IMG/VR virus record: IMGVR_UViG_2596583652_000001
Span: 1 to 64,000 of that record
Source: a virus
Taxonomy: Duplodnaviria > Heunggongvirae > Uroviricota > Caudoviricetes
Direction: 5' to 3' (one strand)
DNA: 64,000 bases
Shown here: positions 1 through 8,656 of the stretch, piece after piece
Position numbering within the stretch: position 1 is the first letter of the stretch
Layout: each line of letters begins with the position of its first letter
Program-made: the position numbers and the translations under genes
The notes under the pieces: generated by a model
What the model was told of the DNA's origin: nothing
The model's database searches: none
Seen by the model: only the letters and a program-made list of their open reading frames with translations

Positions 1-128
1 CACGCGCGGAGGCGGCTCAGCGCATCGTCGAGGAAATGGACTCAGCGATCGCCTGGGCCCGGGAATCTCGCCGCAAGGCCATGCGTGTCCTGCGGCGGGA
101 ACGCGCAAAAGGACACGCCAATGACTGA
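1..128 (+). CDS. 3' end of an upstream CDS (partial, hypothetical)
   Basis: Frame 3 is open from base 1 to a TGA at 126-128 with a coherent non-Arg-rich translation (...AEAAQRIVEEMDSAIAWARESRRKAMRVLRRERAKGHAND). Its stop overlaps the next ATG in the ATGACTGA pattern used throughout this operon. Confidence 0.35.
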   Translation, partial: RAEAAQRIVEEMDSAIAWARESRRKAMRVLRRERAKGHAND

Positions 129-441
129 ACAGCACGGTCTGCTCCTGCTGACGCTCCTCGCCGCGCATTGGATCTGTGACTACCCACTGCAGGGCGAGTT
201 CCTGGCGCGCGCCAAGGCCGAGGGTCCGCTGCGCGTCTATCACCTGATCGCACACGCTGGCATTCACGCCGGCGCCGTCGCTCTGATCACCGGATCGCTG
301 GCCCTCAGTCTGATGGAGCTGGTTCTTCACACCATGATCGACCAGCTGAAAATCGCCGGCCGCTATTCGTTCGCCCGCGACCAGTTCATGCACATCATCT
401 GCAAGGTCATCTATGTGGCGATTCTGGCGGCCGCGCCATGA
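121..441 (+). CDS. small polytopic membrane protein, DUF3307-like
   Basis: ORF-track frame 85..441. The ATG at 121 (MTEQHGLLLLTLLAAHW...) is preferred over the GTG at 85. Hydrophobic helices; family assignment is from memory of DUF3307. Confidence 0.45.
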   Translation: MTEQHGLLLLTLLAAHWICDYPLQGEFLARAKAEGPLRVYHLIAHAGIHAGAVALITGSLALSLMELVLHTMIDQLKIAGRYSFARDQFMHIICKVIYVAILAAAP

Positions 442-656
442 ACGCCTATTACGTCCTGAACGGCCACACCCTCGGCTACATTAACCCCGCCCAGCCGAAC
501 GTCTTTGGCATCCTGCACGCATCCGTGCTGCGCGGCAGCACCTTCGGCCGGCTCGACTGGTTCACCATCACGGCGCCAGGTGTCGACCGTCTGGAGCCCG
601 CAACCCTCGCGGACTTCGACGCCTTCCGCGTCTGCCCGAAAGGGCACCTCTCCTGA
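438..656 (+). CDS. hypothetical protein
   Basis: 72-aa ORF whose ATG overlaps the upstream stop (ATGA). Same strand as the rest of the operon. Confidence 0.4.
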   Translation: MNAYYVLNGHTLGYINPAQPNVFGILHASVLRGSTFGRLDWFTITAPGVDRLEPATLADFDAFRVCPKGHLS

Positions 657-715
657 GCACACCTGCGTAGCCGTTGCTTTTCCCTGTCGAGCTCCAACTC
701 AGATCGCTATATCGT

Positions 716-742
716 CTTCTGAGTGAGCACATACTTAGCGAG
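716..742. promoter_or_regulatory. copy of the recurring GTGAGCACATACTTA-type palindromic motif
   Basis: tctgagtgagcacatacttagcgagc lies about 10 bp upstream of the ATG at 752. Confidence 0.4.
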
Positions 743-751
743 CGCACAGTG

Positions 752-979
752 ATGGATGAGCCTCCCTGCAAGATCGGCGACGAGATCGTGCTCGTCTTCA
801 TGGGCAACGATCCGTGCCCGATTCCGCCCGGCACCCGCGGAAGGGTGCGGAGCGTCAACAAGCTCCTCTTCTGTCAGAGCGACCGCTACCAGATCATGGT
901 CGACTGGCAGATCGAGCGCAGCCTGATGCTGGTGTGGCCGGCCGACCAATTCCGGGTGGTGCCACATGCCGCTTCGTGA
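752..979 (+). CDS. DUF4314-like small protein
   Basis: Internal ATG of track ORF 674..979 (MDEPPCKIGDEIVLVFMGNDPCPIPPGTRGRVRSV...). The GD.V.......DP.PIP.GT.G.V signature matches my recollection of DUF4314. Confidence 0.45.
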   Translation: MDEPPCKIGDEIVLVFMGNDPCPIPPGTRGRVRSVNKLLFCQSDRYQIMVDWQIERSLMLVWPADQFRVVPHAAS

Positions 980-1202
980 GCGACTGATCCGGTTTCTCAA
1001 CTGGTGGAATGGCTGGCGCCTCGACCTCGACGATTGGTGGGTTCGGGCCCGGCGCGAGAGTGACCCGTCCAATCTGCCGTCGAGCATCGGCTTCCTGGAA
1101 GAGGCTTGCATCGTCGTGCGGACGCCCGAGCAGGCCCGCGAGGTGGACACCGGCGCGATCGCTGAGCGCGAGGAAGTCTATTACGAGCCGCGGGAGTTGT
1201 GA
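966..1202 (+). CDS. hypothetical protein
   Basis: 78-aa ORF overlapping the upstream stop. The competing 1009..1470 frame is Arg/Ser-rich and read as an artefact. Confidence 0.35.
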   Translation: MPLRERLIRFLNWWNGWRLDLDDWWVRARRESDPSNLPSSIGFLEEACIVVRTPEQAREVDTGAIAEREEVYYEPREL

Positions 1203-1203
1203 C

Positions 1204-1470
1204 ATGGCATTCGACAAAGAGCCTCGCACTGGCTTTGACGGCGGCGCTGCGATAGCGGCGGTCTGCCTGCTCGCGATCGGCGCATTCTTCTACAGCGCTG
1301 CTGATTTTGGCGAGCGGGAGGCAAGATACGCCGAGCAGCAGCGCCAGAAGGAAGCCATCTGCGGACGGATCGGCGCTGAATATGTGGAGCAGCGCAAGGG
1401 TATGCCGCTCTGTGTGTTGGCCGACGGTCAAGTGTTCCTCTTTCGATCTGTTAAGGAGCGATTCCAATGA
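1204..1470 (+). CDS. hypothetical N-terminally membrane-anchored small protein
   Basis: ATG at 1204 in frame with track ORF 1009..1470 (MAFDKEPRTGFDGGAAIAAVCLLAIGAFFYS...). One transmembrane helix. Confidence 0.4.
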   Translation: MAFDKEPRTGFDGGAAIAAVCLLAIGAFFYSAADFGEREARYAEQQRQKEAICGRIGAEYVEQRKGMPLCVLADGQVFLFRSVKERFQ

Positions 1471-1892
1471 TCTCCAAGCACTTCGTCGAGTTCCACTCGC
1501 CGGGCACGTTCCTCAGTGAGGTCTCCACCCGCGAGGTCGAGTCCTGGAACGTCGAGCTTGCCCTCGAGATGGCGAAGACGATCAAGGAGGGGCACGGCGC
1601 CGTGCCCTATGGCTTCTGCTTCACGACCCGCTCGCGTGGCGACAAGGATCTCGACAGCTCGGAGTCGGCGCGCAGCCATTTCCACTACCTCGGCGGCACC
1701 GTGCGGACCTATGAGCAGGTCGTGGCAGACGATCTGCCCGATGAGAAGGACCTTCGCGCCTACATGAAGCGCCGCGAGATCGACCGGATCATCGTGAACA
1801 CCAACTCCTGGAAGACCACCCGGCCGCTGGAGCCTGATGATGTGGTGCTGGAGTGGCCGCCGGCACCCGTCGAGAAACCTTCAGCCGCCTGA
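1467..1892 (+). CDS. hypothetical protein
   Basis: 141-aa ORF with ATGA overlap to the upstream gene. Normal composition. Confidence 0.5.
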   Translation: MISKHFVEFHSPGTFLSEVSTREVESWNVELALEMAKTIKEGHGAVPYGFCFTTRSRGDKDLDSSESARSHFHYLGGTVRTYEQVVADDLPDEKDLRAYMKRREIDRIIVNTNSWKTTRPLEPDDVVLEWPPAPVEKPSAA

Positions 1893-1910
1893 ATCGATCC
1901 ATCGTGCTCG

Positions 1911-1936
1911 CTGTTATAAGTGAGCAGTCACTTACG
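1911..1936. promoter_or_regulatory. palindromic motif copy (TTATAAGTGAGCAGTCACTTA)
   Basis: Perfect inverted repeat TAAGTGA-gcag-TCACTTA in the gap between 1892 and 1954. An identical 23-mer recurs at 7363. Confidence 0.5.
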
Positions 1937-1953
1937 AGACGAGAGCGCAGAGC

Positions 1954-2370
1954 ATGTGGATCAACCTGACAGACCAGGAGCGCGGGCTCATTAGCGTGTG
2001 TCTCAACGCACTCACGGTGCCCGAAGCCAAGGCGCTGATCGCGCGCCTCAACGAGCCGGCCGATCCCACGGACGGGACTTTCGTCGAGCGAGCGCGCGAG
2101 GACTACGAGTTCGGCTCGGATGGCGATGTGGACATTGACGATACGCCGGTCGTCTCGCGCAGCGAGAATGGCGCCTACGTCATGATGTGGGGCTGGGTGT
2201 CCAACGAGGACGCCGGCCTTGATGACGAGAGCGAGGACTTCTCGGTCGAGGCGCTGCAGGACGGCCGCTGGAAGTCGATCTTTCCCAAGCGCCTCTCCCA
2301 CCTCAATTCCGAACACGCGACCCATGCGGAAGCCTGGGCGCACATTCAGGAGCACGAAGACAATGAGTGA
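1954..2370 (+). CDS. hypothetical acidic protein
   Basis: 138-aa ORF. Confidence 0.5.
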   Translation: MWINLTDQERGLISVCLNALTVPEAKALIARLNEPADPTDGTFVERAREDYEFGSDGDVDIDDTPVVSRSENGAYVMMWGWVSNEDAGLDDESEDFSVEALQDGRWKSIFPKRLSHLNSEHATHAEAWAHIQEHEDNE

Positions 2371-3082
2371 CCCGAAGGCGCCCGTGGCGCACCCCACCCT
2401 TCCCGGCTTCATCGAGATGGGCCACGTCGATGTGGACGCTGGCTCCATCTGGATCGGCGACGGCTGCTACGTGCTGAAGGACGCGGACGAAAAGCGCCCC
2501 ACGGACCTCGGCGAGGACTGGCACGGCATATGTGAGCGGTTCTTCGGCCGGAGCGGTTACCGGCATCAACAGATCGAGTGGAGCCGCTGGTCCGGCGCGC
2601 GAGAACGGGATCTTTTTGACAGCCCGGAGTGGAAAGCCTGGGTCGAGAAGTGGGGTTTGAGACATCCCGACACCCACAAGTCCGACACCATCTGCTACGC
2701 CGAGAAGCACGAGGCGATGCAGCGGCACTACGAGCGCTATTCCGCGGAGCATCCGTTCCAGCCGACGTCCGTCGACACCGGCTTCGCCCAGTTCAACCAC
2801 GATCTCGGTCATGCCGGCATGGGTGTGATGGTCTCGACCTTCTACGGCGACGGGACCTACCCCGTCTATGTCGAGTATGGCGAGGGCGGTCGCCCGCGGC
2901 GCGTGCTGATCGACTTCGATCCCGGCGCCGAGAATGAGCTGGTGCGCGGGTCGCCGGCGGACATCTTCCGGGTGCTCAGCAGCCATTATCCCGAGCTTGC
3001 TTCCGGCGATCGCAACATCGCGCCGATGTGCAGGAAGATCTCCGACATCGGCTTCCCCGATCTTTCCGCCGAGGCGGCGTAA
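2363..3082 (+). CDS. hypothetical protein
   Basis: ATG at 2363 (MSDPKAPVAHPTLPGF...) in frame with track ORF 2219..3082. ATGAGTGA overlap with the upstream stop. The upstream extension is Arg/Ser-rich. Confidence 0.5.
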   Translation: MSDPKAPVAHPTLPGFIEMGHVDVDAGSIWIGDGCYVLKDADEKRPTDLGEDWHGICERFFGRSGYRHQQIEWSRWSGARERDLFDSPEWKAWVEKWGLRHPDTHKSDTICYAEKHEAMQRHYERYSAEHPFQPTSVDTGFAQFNHDLGHAGMGVMVSTFYGDGTYPVYVEYGEGGRPRRVLIDFDPGAENELVRGSPADIFRVLSSHYPELASGDRNIAPMCRKISDIGFPDLSAEAA

Positions 3083-3349
3083 GTGCAGCGCTTCCTACTC
3101 GCCGTCAGCCCATCCGGCCACTCGATGGTGCTGGGCCTCGAGGCCCGCACCAAAGCTGAGTGCGACCAGGTCATCCGATGGATGCACATCGCCCAGTTCC
3201 AGATGGACTACGTCATCGCGACCTATGACCGCGAGCACGATCACTTCGTCAGCGAAAGCGGACGTTCCTACCGGCCCGGCTCGTCGTTCTACACGGCGCA
3301 GGCTTGGGCCCGCTTCCAGCAATCACTCAGAGGAGAAAAGCATGCCTGA
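3083..3349 (+). CDS. hypothetical protein
   Basis: 88-aa ORF with a GTG start immediately after the upstream TAA (TAAGTG). Confidence 0.35.
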   Translation: MQRFLLAVSPSGHSMVLGLEARTKAECDQVIRWMHIAQFQMDYVIATYDREHDHFVSESGRSYRPGSSFYTAQAWARFQQSLRGEKHA

Positions 3350-3857
3350 CGTGAATTCGGTTGTCGCCGACAGCCTGGCCTCGATCCTGGCGATCAACAC
3401 CAAGATCGAACGCCTCAACGAAGAAGCCAAGACCGAGCGCCAGAAGGCCCTCGCTCCGTTCCTCGAGGCTCTGGCGAAGTCCGGCGAGGTCTCGGCGATC
3501 ATCGTCCGCGGCTACACGCCGGGCTTCAATGACGGCGAGCCCTGCGAGCACTCCGCGGACGTCTTCGTCAATATCGAGGAGATCTACGGAGAAGACCTGC
3601 AGGATACTGATGCCGGCGGCAACCTGCCGGAAGAGCTCTTCGAGGAACTCTCCTATGGCTCCGCCGACGCCAATCGGGAGCTGTGCACCAAGTTCGGCCA
3701 TGTCTACGACAAGCCGTCGGCGGAGATCATGAACGCCATCCGGACCCTGATCTTCGCGACCGCCGAGGAGGAGAACAGCACCAACTACTTCCTCTCTTAC
3801 GTGCTCAAGGACGGCAAGTTCGAGATCGCCTCGGGCGAATACGACTGCGGCTATTGA
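3342..3857 (+). CDS. hypothetical protein
   Basis: ATG at 3342 preceded by AGGAGAAAAG. In frame with track ORF 2934..3857 (MPDVNSVVADSLASILAINTKIERLNEEAK...). Confidence 0.5.
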   Translation: MPDVNSVVADSLASILAINTKIERLNEEAKTERQKALAPFLEALAKSGEVSAIIVRGYTPGFNDGEPCEHSADVFVNIEEIYGEDLQDTDAGGNLPEELFEELSYGSADANRELCTKFGHVYDKPSAEIMNAIRTLIFATAEEENSTNYFLSYVLKDGKFEIASGEYDCGY

Positions 3858-3878
3858 TCGAGCGCGGGTAGACGCACC

Positions 3879-4478
3879 ATGACCAAGATGATTTTCAACG
3901 CCCACAAGCCAGTCGTCACCCATTTGGGCGCCTTGCCTGCGATCGGTGACGACTGGCCGGTCGATGATTGGAAATATGCGGACGTGGAGTTCGTCTACCC
4001 GCGCACGACCGATCTTGTCCGGACGGTCATCGACCGTGCGCCGATCACGGGCAAGTTCAAGCGGGTCCTGATCGACGTGAAGGTGCAGGATCTCACACCC
4101 GAGTTCTGCTCCTGCATTCCCGGTTGGCATCTCGACGGCGCTTTTCCCAAGCCGGGTGCGCTGCCAGACCATCACCACCTGTTCGTGATGAACGGGCCGC
4201 TGACCGAGTTCATCGACGAGCCAGTGGCCTGCGAGGTGAGCTATCCCGTCGACATGCCGGCGATCCTGCGGCAGATCCCGCGGAATGTCCGGATCGGCAC
4301 CTGCGCGCCGAATGCCATCACGACCTTCACCAGCTACGACTTCCATCGTGGCGTCACGGCGAGCGCGCCAACGCGCCGCCTGCTTGTGCGGCTGACCGAG
4401 ACGAACACGGTCTTCGCAAGGAACACTCCGAAGGCGCCGAGCCAGGGCGCCCGGACACTCATTGGAGAGGCCGCATGA
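3879..4478 (+). CDS. hypothetical protein
   Basis: 199-aa ORF. Confidence 0.5.
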   Translation: MTKMIFNAHKPVVTHLGALPAIGDDWPVDDWKYADVEFVYPRTTDLVRTVIDRAPITGKFKRVLIDVKVQDLTPEFCSCIPGWHLDGAFPKPGALPDHHHLFVMNGPLTEFIDEPVACEVSYPVDMPAILRQIPRNVRIGTCAPNAITTFTSYDFHRGVTASAPTRRLLVRLTETNTVFARNTPKAPSQGARTLIGEAA

Positions 4479-4699
4479 TTGGGGAGTCTCGCTCATCCAG
4501 GCGGCGCTTCTTCATTAGGTTCGCCTGGCAGGAAAAGGCCGGCGATCACTACAAGCTCCGCAAGTTCGCCGTCTGGCCCATCCTGTTCGAGACCGCGGCG
4601 GATGCCTGGGCCTTCCTCAGCAGTTTGCCGGACCCGTTCCGGAACCTGCACGGGCGGCGAAAGCTGTCCCTCACCGTGAGATCTGTGAAGCTGCCATGA
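4475..4699 (+). CDS. hypothetical protein
   Basis: ATG at 4475 overlapping the upstream stop, in frame with track ORF 3968..4699 (MIGESRSSRRRFFIRFAWQEKAGDHYKLRKFAVWPILFE...). Confidence 0.4.
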   Translation: MIGESRSSRRRFFIRFAWQEKAGDHYKLRKFAVWPILFETAADAWAFLSSLPDPFRNLHGRRKLSLTVRSVKLP

Positions 4700-5148
4700 C
4701 CAAGATCTGCCAACCCGGCACCCTCGAGCGTGCCATCGTCATCGCGACCGAGGCGCATGCCGGTCAGACTGACAAGGCGGGCCAGCCTTACATCCTGCAT
4801 CCGCTACGGGTCATGACGAGCCTCGGCGTGAATGCTGGGCAGCCTTTGCGCATCGTGGCTGTGCTTCATGACGTGCTTGAGGACTGCGAAGCCTGGACGC
4901 CCAACCTGTTGCGCGCCGAGGGCTTTGACCCGCGGATCGTCGAGGCGGTCGAGGCGATCACCAAGCGCAAGCACGTCGAGACCTATGGCGAGTATATCCA
5001 GCGAGTTCGGGCTAACCCCCTCGCTCGCCTCGTGAAGATCGCCGACATCGAGGACAATCTGCATCCCGATCGCGCGTGGAGACTGAACCCTGATCAATGC
5101 TGGAAGTATGGACTCGCTATTGGCGAACTGCGCCGGCCCAACCTCTGA
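4696..5148 (+). CDS. HD-domain hydrolase of the RelA/SpoT type (small alarmone hydrolase-like)
   Basis: Translation carries the HD hydrolase signature: EAHAGQTDKAGQPYILHPLRV...AVLHDVLED...LVKIADIEDNL, corresponding to the H..HD..D metal-binding motifs of SpoT/Mesh1-type hydrolases. 150 aa with no synthetase domain. Confidence 0.7.
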   Translation: MTKICQPGTLERAIVIATEAHAGQTDKAGQPYILHPLRVMTSLGVNAGQPLRIVAVLHDVLEDCEAWTPNLLRAEGFDPRIVEAVEAITKRKHVETYGEYIQRVRANPLARLVKIADIEDNLHPDRAWRLNPDQCWKYGLAIGELRRPNL

Positions 5149-5155
5149 GGAAAAC

Positions 5156-6595
5156 ATGATCAACGGAAACACCCTCATCGAGTGGGGCTTCGAGCCGGGC
5201 CCGCTCTTTGGCCAGATGCTGCGCGACGCCAAGGCCCTCGCCGAGATCGGGATGACCAACGAAATGATCCGCGAGGAGCTGCGCATGCGCACGCCGGCTC
5301 CCGTGCCCGAGATCGCCTATCGCACCAACTCCATCCCGTTCAACGTCTTCCTCGACGCTGAGAATGACGACGAGCGCGCCAACAAGGCCGCGGTCGAGGC
5401 GCACATGGACGTGCTGATGCGCGTGCCGACGATCAAGCACGGCGCAGTGATGCCCGACGCCTGCCCGTCCGGCAGCGCGCCCGGCACCATTCCCGTCGGT
5501 GGCGTCGTCGCCGCGGAGAACGCGATCCATCCGGGGTTTCACTCGGCCGACATCTGCTGCTCGATGGCGATCTCCGTCTTCAAGCGCGACATGCCCATCA
5601 GCACGGTGATGGACACGGCGATGAAGACCACCCATTTCGGGTTCGGGCTCAACCCGCACCATGACCGCAGCGAGCTGCCGCCGGCGCTCGTCGGTCTGGT
5701 CAACCAGTTCGCCGACAACCCCTTCCTGAAGGATCTCGAGCGCTATGCGGTCGACCTGTTGCTGACCCAGGGCGACGGCAACCACTTCCTCTATGTCGGC
5801 CATCTCAGGTCGACCGGGCAGCTGGCGCTCGTCACGCACCACGGCTCGCGCGGCCTGGGCGCCCAGCTCTACAAGCGCGGCATGGCCGCGGCGCAGAAGC
5901 ACACCGCGAAGGTCGCTCCGCGCGTTCCGCTGCACAATGCCTGGCTCGAGGCATTCTCGGAAAGCGGCCAGCACTATTGGAAGGCCCTGCAGATCGTGCG
6001 GGAGTGGACGCGGCTGAACCACTTCGCGCTGCACCGCCTGATGCAGCAGCGGCTCGGGAATGCCATCGTCCACCAGTTCTGGAACGAGCACAATTTCGTC
6101 TTCCAGAAGTCGGATGGGCTGTTCTATCACGCCAAGGGCGCGACGCCCGCCTACAAGGGCTTCAGCAGCGACGACAGCGGCCAGACGCTCATTCCGCTGA
6201 ACATGGCCGAACCGATCCTGATCGCCAGTCCCTGGCCGGTTATGCGGCCCACAGCGCTGGAATTCGCACCGCATGGTGCCGGCCGCAACCTTTCGCGCTC
6301 CGGCCATATGCGCAAGCTGGCCGAGGAGTTCGGCGCCGACTCCCGCGGGCTCTCGGCGCGCGACAAGCTCGCCGTCGCCATGCGTGAGGTCACGGCGCGC
6401 GGTGTGGACGCCCGCTTCTACTGCGGCCACATCGACCTGTCGGAGCTGCCCAGCGCCTACAAGAACGCCCAGGCGGTGCAGGCGCAGATCGAGAAGTATC
6501 GGCTGGCCCATATCGACGACATGGTGCTGCCGGGCGGCGCGATCATGGCCGGCGATATCCAGCCCACCTGGCGCAAGAAGAAGCCGGCGAAATAG
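5156..6595 (+). CDS. rtcB: RtcB-family RNA ligase
   Basis: ATG at 5156 with a GAGGAAAA ribosome-binding site, in frame with track ORF 5108..6595. RtcB hallmarks are present: the Cys/His metal-site region MPDACPSG, HHGSRGLG, and the C-terminal APHGAGRN motif containing the guanylylated His. 479 aa. Confidence 0.75.
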   Translation: MINGNTLIEWGFEPGPLFGQMLRDAKALAEIGMTNEMIREELRMRTPAPVPEIAYRTNSIPFNVFLDAENDDERANKAAVEAHMDVLMRVPTIKHGAVMPDACPSGSAPGTIPVGGVVAAENAIHPGFHSADICCSMAISVFKRDMPISTVMDTAMKTTHFGFGLNPHHDRSELPPALVGLVNQFADNPFLKDLERYAVDLLLTQGDGNHFLYVGHLRSTGQLALVTHHGSRGLGAQLYKRGMAAAQKHTAKVAPRVPLHNAWLEAFSESGQHYWKALQIVREWTRLNHFALHRLMQQRLGNAIVHQFWNEHNFVFQKSDGLFYHAKGATPAYKGFSSDDSGQTLIPLNMAEPILIASPWPVMRPTALEFAPHGAGRNLSRSGHMRKLAEEFGADSRGLSARDKLAVAMREVTARGVDARFYCGHIDLSELPSAYKNAQAVQAQIEKYRLAHIDDMVLPGGAIMAGDIQPTWRKKKPAK

Positions 6596-6681
6596 CCTGC
6601 GCTTTGGCGCATAGCGCCTCCCGAAATCCAATCTGAAATGCAGCATCTTGATAGTCGACGCTATCGAGACAGGAGAGCTCT

Positions 6682-7335
6682 ATGAGCTACACTTACGTCA
6701 TTGGCGATATTCACGGCCGCGCCGATCTCCTCACGCTCGCCCTGCGCAAGATCGCCGACCATGCCCAGGAGCCGGGCACCATCATTACGCTCGGCGACTA
6801 CACCGACCGCGGCCCGGACAGCAAAGGCGTGGTGACGCGCCTGATGGCTGGCGTCAGCGACGGCTGGAAGATGATCAACCTCATGGGCAACCACGAGCAG
6901 ATGGTCTTCTGGACCTACCGCGGGAAGACCAAGCCCGATTGGTGGATCGACAACGGCGGCGACGCGACGATCGCCTCCTATGGCGGATCCCGCGAGAACA
7001 TCCCGGTGGAGCACATCGAGTGGATGGAGCAGCTGCCGCTCTTCCACGAGGATGAGCACCGGGTCTATGTCCACGCCTGGGTGGATCCCCACCTGCCCCT
7101 CAAAGAGCAGTCGGATTCCAGCATGCTCTGGGTGCGCTATCGCACGCCCTGGGAAGGCGGTTGGAACGACAAACACGTCGTTCACGGCCACACGCCGGTG
7201 CGGGGCGGACCTGCCATCTTCGAGCATCGCACCAATCTCGACACCGGCGCATTCGCCAGCGGTCTCCTCGCCGTGGGTGTTTTCGATGACGCCAAGCCGG
7301 GCGGACCTGTTCTCATTTTCAACATGACCGCCTGA
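6682..7335 (+). CDS. Ser/Thr protein phosphatase, lambda-phosphatase-like metallophosphoesterase
   Basis: The GDIHG, GDYTDRG and GNHE motifs in canonical order. Ribosome-binding site AGGAGA upstream. Confidence 0.8.
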   Translation: MSYTYVIGDIHGRADLLTLALRKIADHAQEPGTIITLGDYTDRGPDSKGVVTRLMAGVSDGWKMINLMGNHEQMVFWTYRGKTKPDWWIDNGGDATIASYGGSRENIPVEHIEWMEQLPLFHEDEHRVYVHAWVDPHLPLKEQSDSSMLWVRYRTPWEGGWNDKHVVHGHTPVRGGPAIFEHRTNLDTGAFASGLLAVGVFDDAKPGGPVLIFNMTA

Positions 7336-7362
7336 CGCCTGCGCGATCCCAGCACGCTCATC

Positions 7363-7388
7363 GTTATAAGTGAGCAGTCACTTATTAA
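7363..7388. promoter_or_regulatory. palindromic motif copy (GTTATAAGTGAGCAGTCACTTATTAAATGAGAG)
   Basis: Identical to the 1913 copy. Lies 12 bp upstream of the ATG at 7400. Confidence 0.5.
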
Positions 7389-7399
7389 ATGAGAGCCCG

Positions 7400-7513
7400 A
7401 TGCAGTTCCTCGCCGCCATTGGCGCCCTCGTGGTCGCCACCCTCCTTCTGGCCGGCGCGATCAAGATCGCGTCCGAGCTGACCTTCAAGCCTGACAAGAA
7501 AGGGAAGAAATGA
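7400..7513 (+). CDS. 37-aa hydrophobic peptide
   Basis: MQFLAAIGALVVATLLLAGAIKIASELTFKPDKKGKK. Below the ORF-track cutoff. Its stop overlaps the ATG of the SPFH gene (ATGA) and it directly follows the motif site. Confidence 0.3.
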   Translation: MQFLAAIGALVVATLLLAGAIKIASELTFKPDKKGKK

Positions 7514-8364
7514 AGCGCTTTACCCTCGGCCTGTTCGCCTTTGGCGCCCTCGCCGTTCTCGTGACCATCCTCGGCACCTACTACACCATCAATGAACGCG
7601 AGCGCGGCGTCATCCTGCGCAACGGCGCTGTCGTCGGTGACGCCGGCCCGGGCGCTCACCTCAAGGTGCCGTTCATCGACGACGTGGTCACGGTCTCGAT
7701 CGAGACCCAGAAGCAGCTCTACACCACGGCCGCCTACACGTTCGACCAGCAGCCGACGGATATCGCCCTGTCGGTCATCTACAGCGTGCCGGCCAGCCAG
7801 GTGAAGGCGCTCTATGCGCGCTTTGGCAGCATTGAGCGGATGATCGACAGCGTGGTCACGCCCAAGGTCATGGAGCAGACCAAGAACGTCCTCGGCGGCT
7901 ACACCTCGACGACGGCGGTGCAGAACCGCGCCAAGCTCAACAATGACGTCACCACGGCCATCTATCACGCCATCAAGGAGCTCAACGCGCCGATCCTCGT
8001 CGAGGCGGTGCAGATCGAGAACATCGACCAGAGCGACGCCTTCGAGCGGTCGGTCGAGGAACGCATGCTGGCCCAGGTCGAGGTCGAGAAGCTCAAGCAG
8101 AACGCGGAGCGCGAGAAGGTGCAGGCGCAGATTGTCGTCACCAAGGCCCAGGCTCAGGCGGACAGCCAGTTGGCCGTGGCAAAGGCGACCGCCGATGCCA
8201 CTCGTCTGCAGGGTGAAGCGGCCGCTGATGCGATCCGGGCCCGGTCCAAGGCACTCGCCGACAATCCGGCGCTGATCGAGCTCACCAAGGCCGAGAAGTG
8301 GAACGGAGCGATGCCGACCACCATGCTCCCCAACACGGCGATGCCCTTCTTCTCCCCGAAGTAA
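7510..8364 (+). CDS. SPFH/band-7 (prohibitin/HflKC-like) domain membrane protein
   Basis: N-terminal transmembrane helix. SPFH core (ERGVILRNGAVVG...LKVPFIDDV...) followed by a long Ala/Gln/Glu-rich coiled coil. Confidence 0.7.
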   Translation: MKRFTLGLFAFGALAVLVTILGTYYTINERERGVILRNGAVVGDAGPGAHLKVPFIDDVVTVSIETQKQLYTTAAYTFDQQPTDIALSVIYSVPASQVKALYARFGSIERMIDSVVTPKVMEQTKNVLGGYTSTTAVQNRAKLNNDVTTAIYHAIKELNAPILVEAVQIENIDQSDAFERSVEERMLAQVEVEKLKQNAEREKVQAQIVVTKAQAQADSQLAVAKATADATRLQGEAAADAIRARSKALADNPALIELTKAEKWNGAMPTTMLPNTAMPFFSPK

Positions 8365-8440
8365 GCCAGCATCGCCGGATCCACCACTATCAAGCGAGGG
8401 CGCCTCCGGGCGCCCTTTTCTTTTAGCTCGCGAACAGGGG

Positions 8441-8656
8441 TTGGAAATGTCCCGCCATACAGAGTGCGAGGCGCGTGTCCTTGGTCACGCCGATCAGCTG
8501 ATCCATCGGATCAAGGGCGGATCCCTTAACCGATCAGCATTCGAGCATCTGATGGAGAGTTTCGTGGAGGTGCCGGGTATCGACGCGATCTGGCGCGGGC
8601 GCCTGGTCGACGCAGCGCTTGCCCGGCTTGATGCCGCCGTCCCGGAGGGTGCATAA
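8441..8656 (+). CDS. hypothetical protein
   Basis: 71-aa ORF, the last before a terminator-like hairpin. Confidence 0.3.
   Translation: MEMSRHTECEARVLGHADQLIHRIKGGSLNRSAFEHLMESFVEVPGIDAIWRGRLVDAALARLDAAVPEGA

Noticed and set aside
3327-4496. 389-aa minus-strand ORF antisense to the + strand genes 3342-4478
   Set aside because: Product is Arg/Ala/Gly/Asp-rich low-complexity sequence, typical of antisense frames in high-GC DNA. It overlaps well-supported, translationally coupled + strand genes.
5117-6646. 509-aa minus-strand ORF antisense to rtcB
   Set aside because: Lies fully inside the motif-supported RtcB gene. Its translation is Arg/Gly/Val-rich with no motifs. High-GC artefact.
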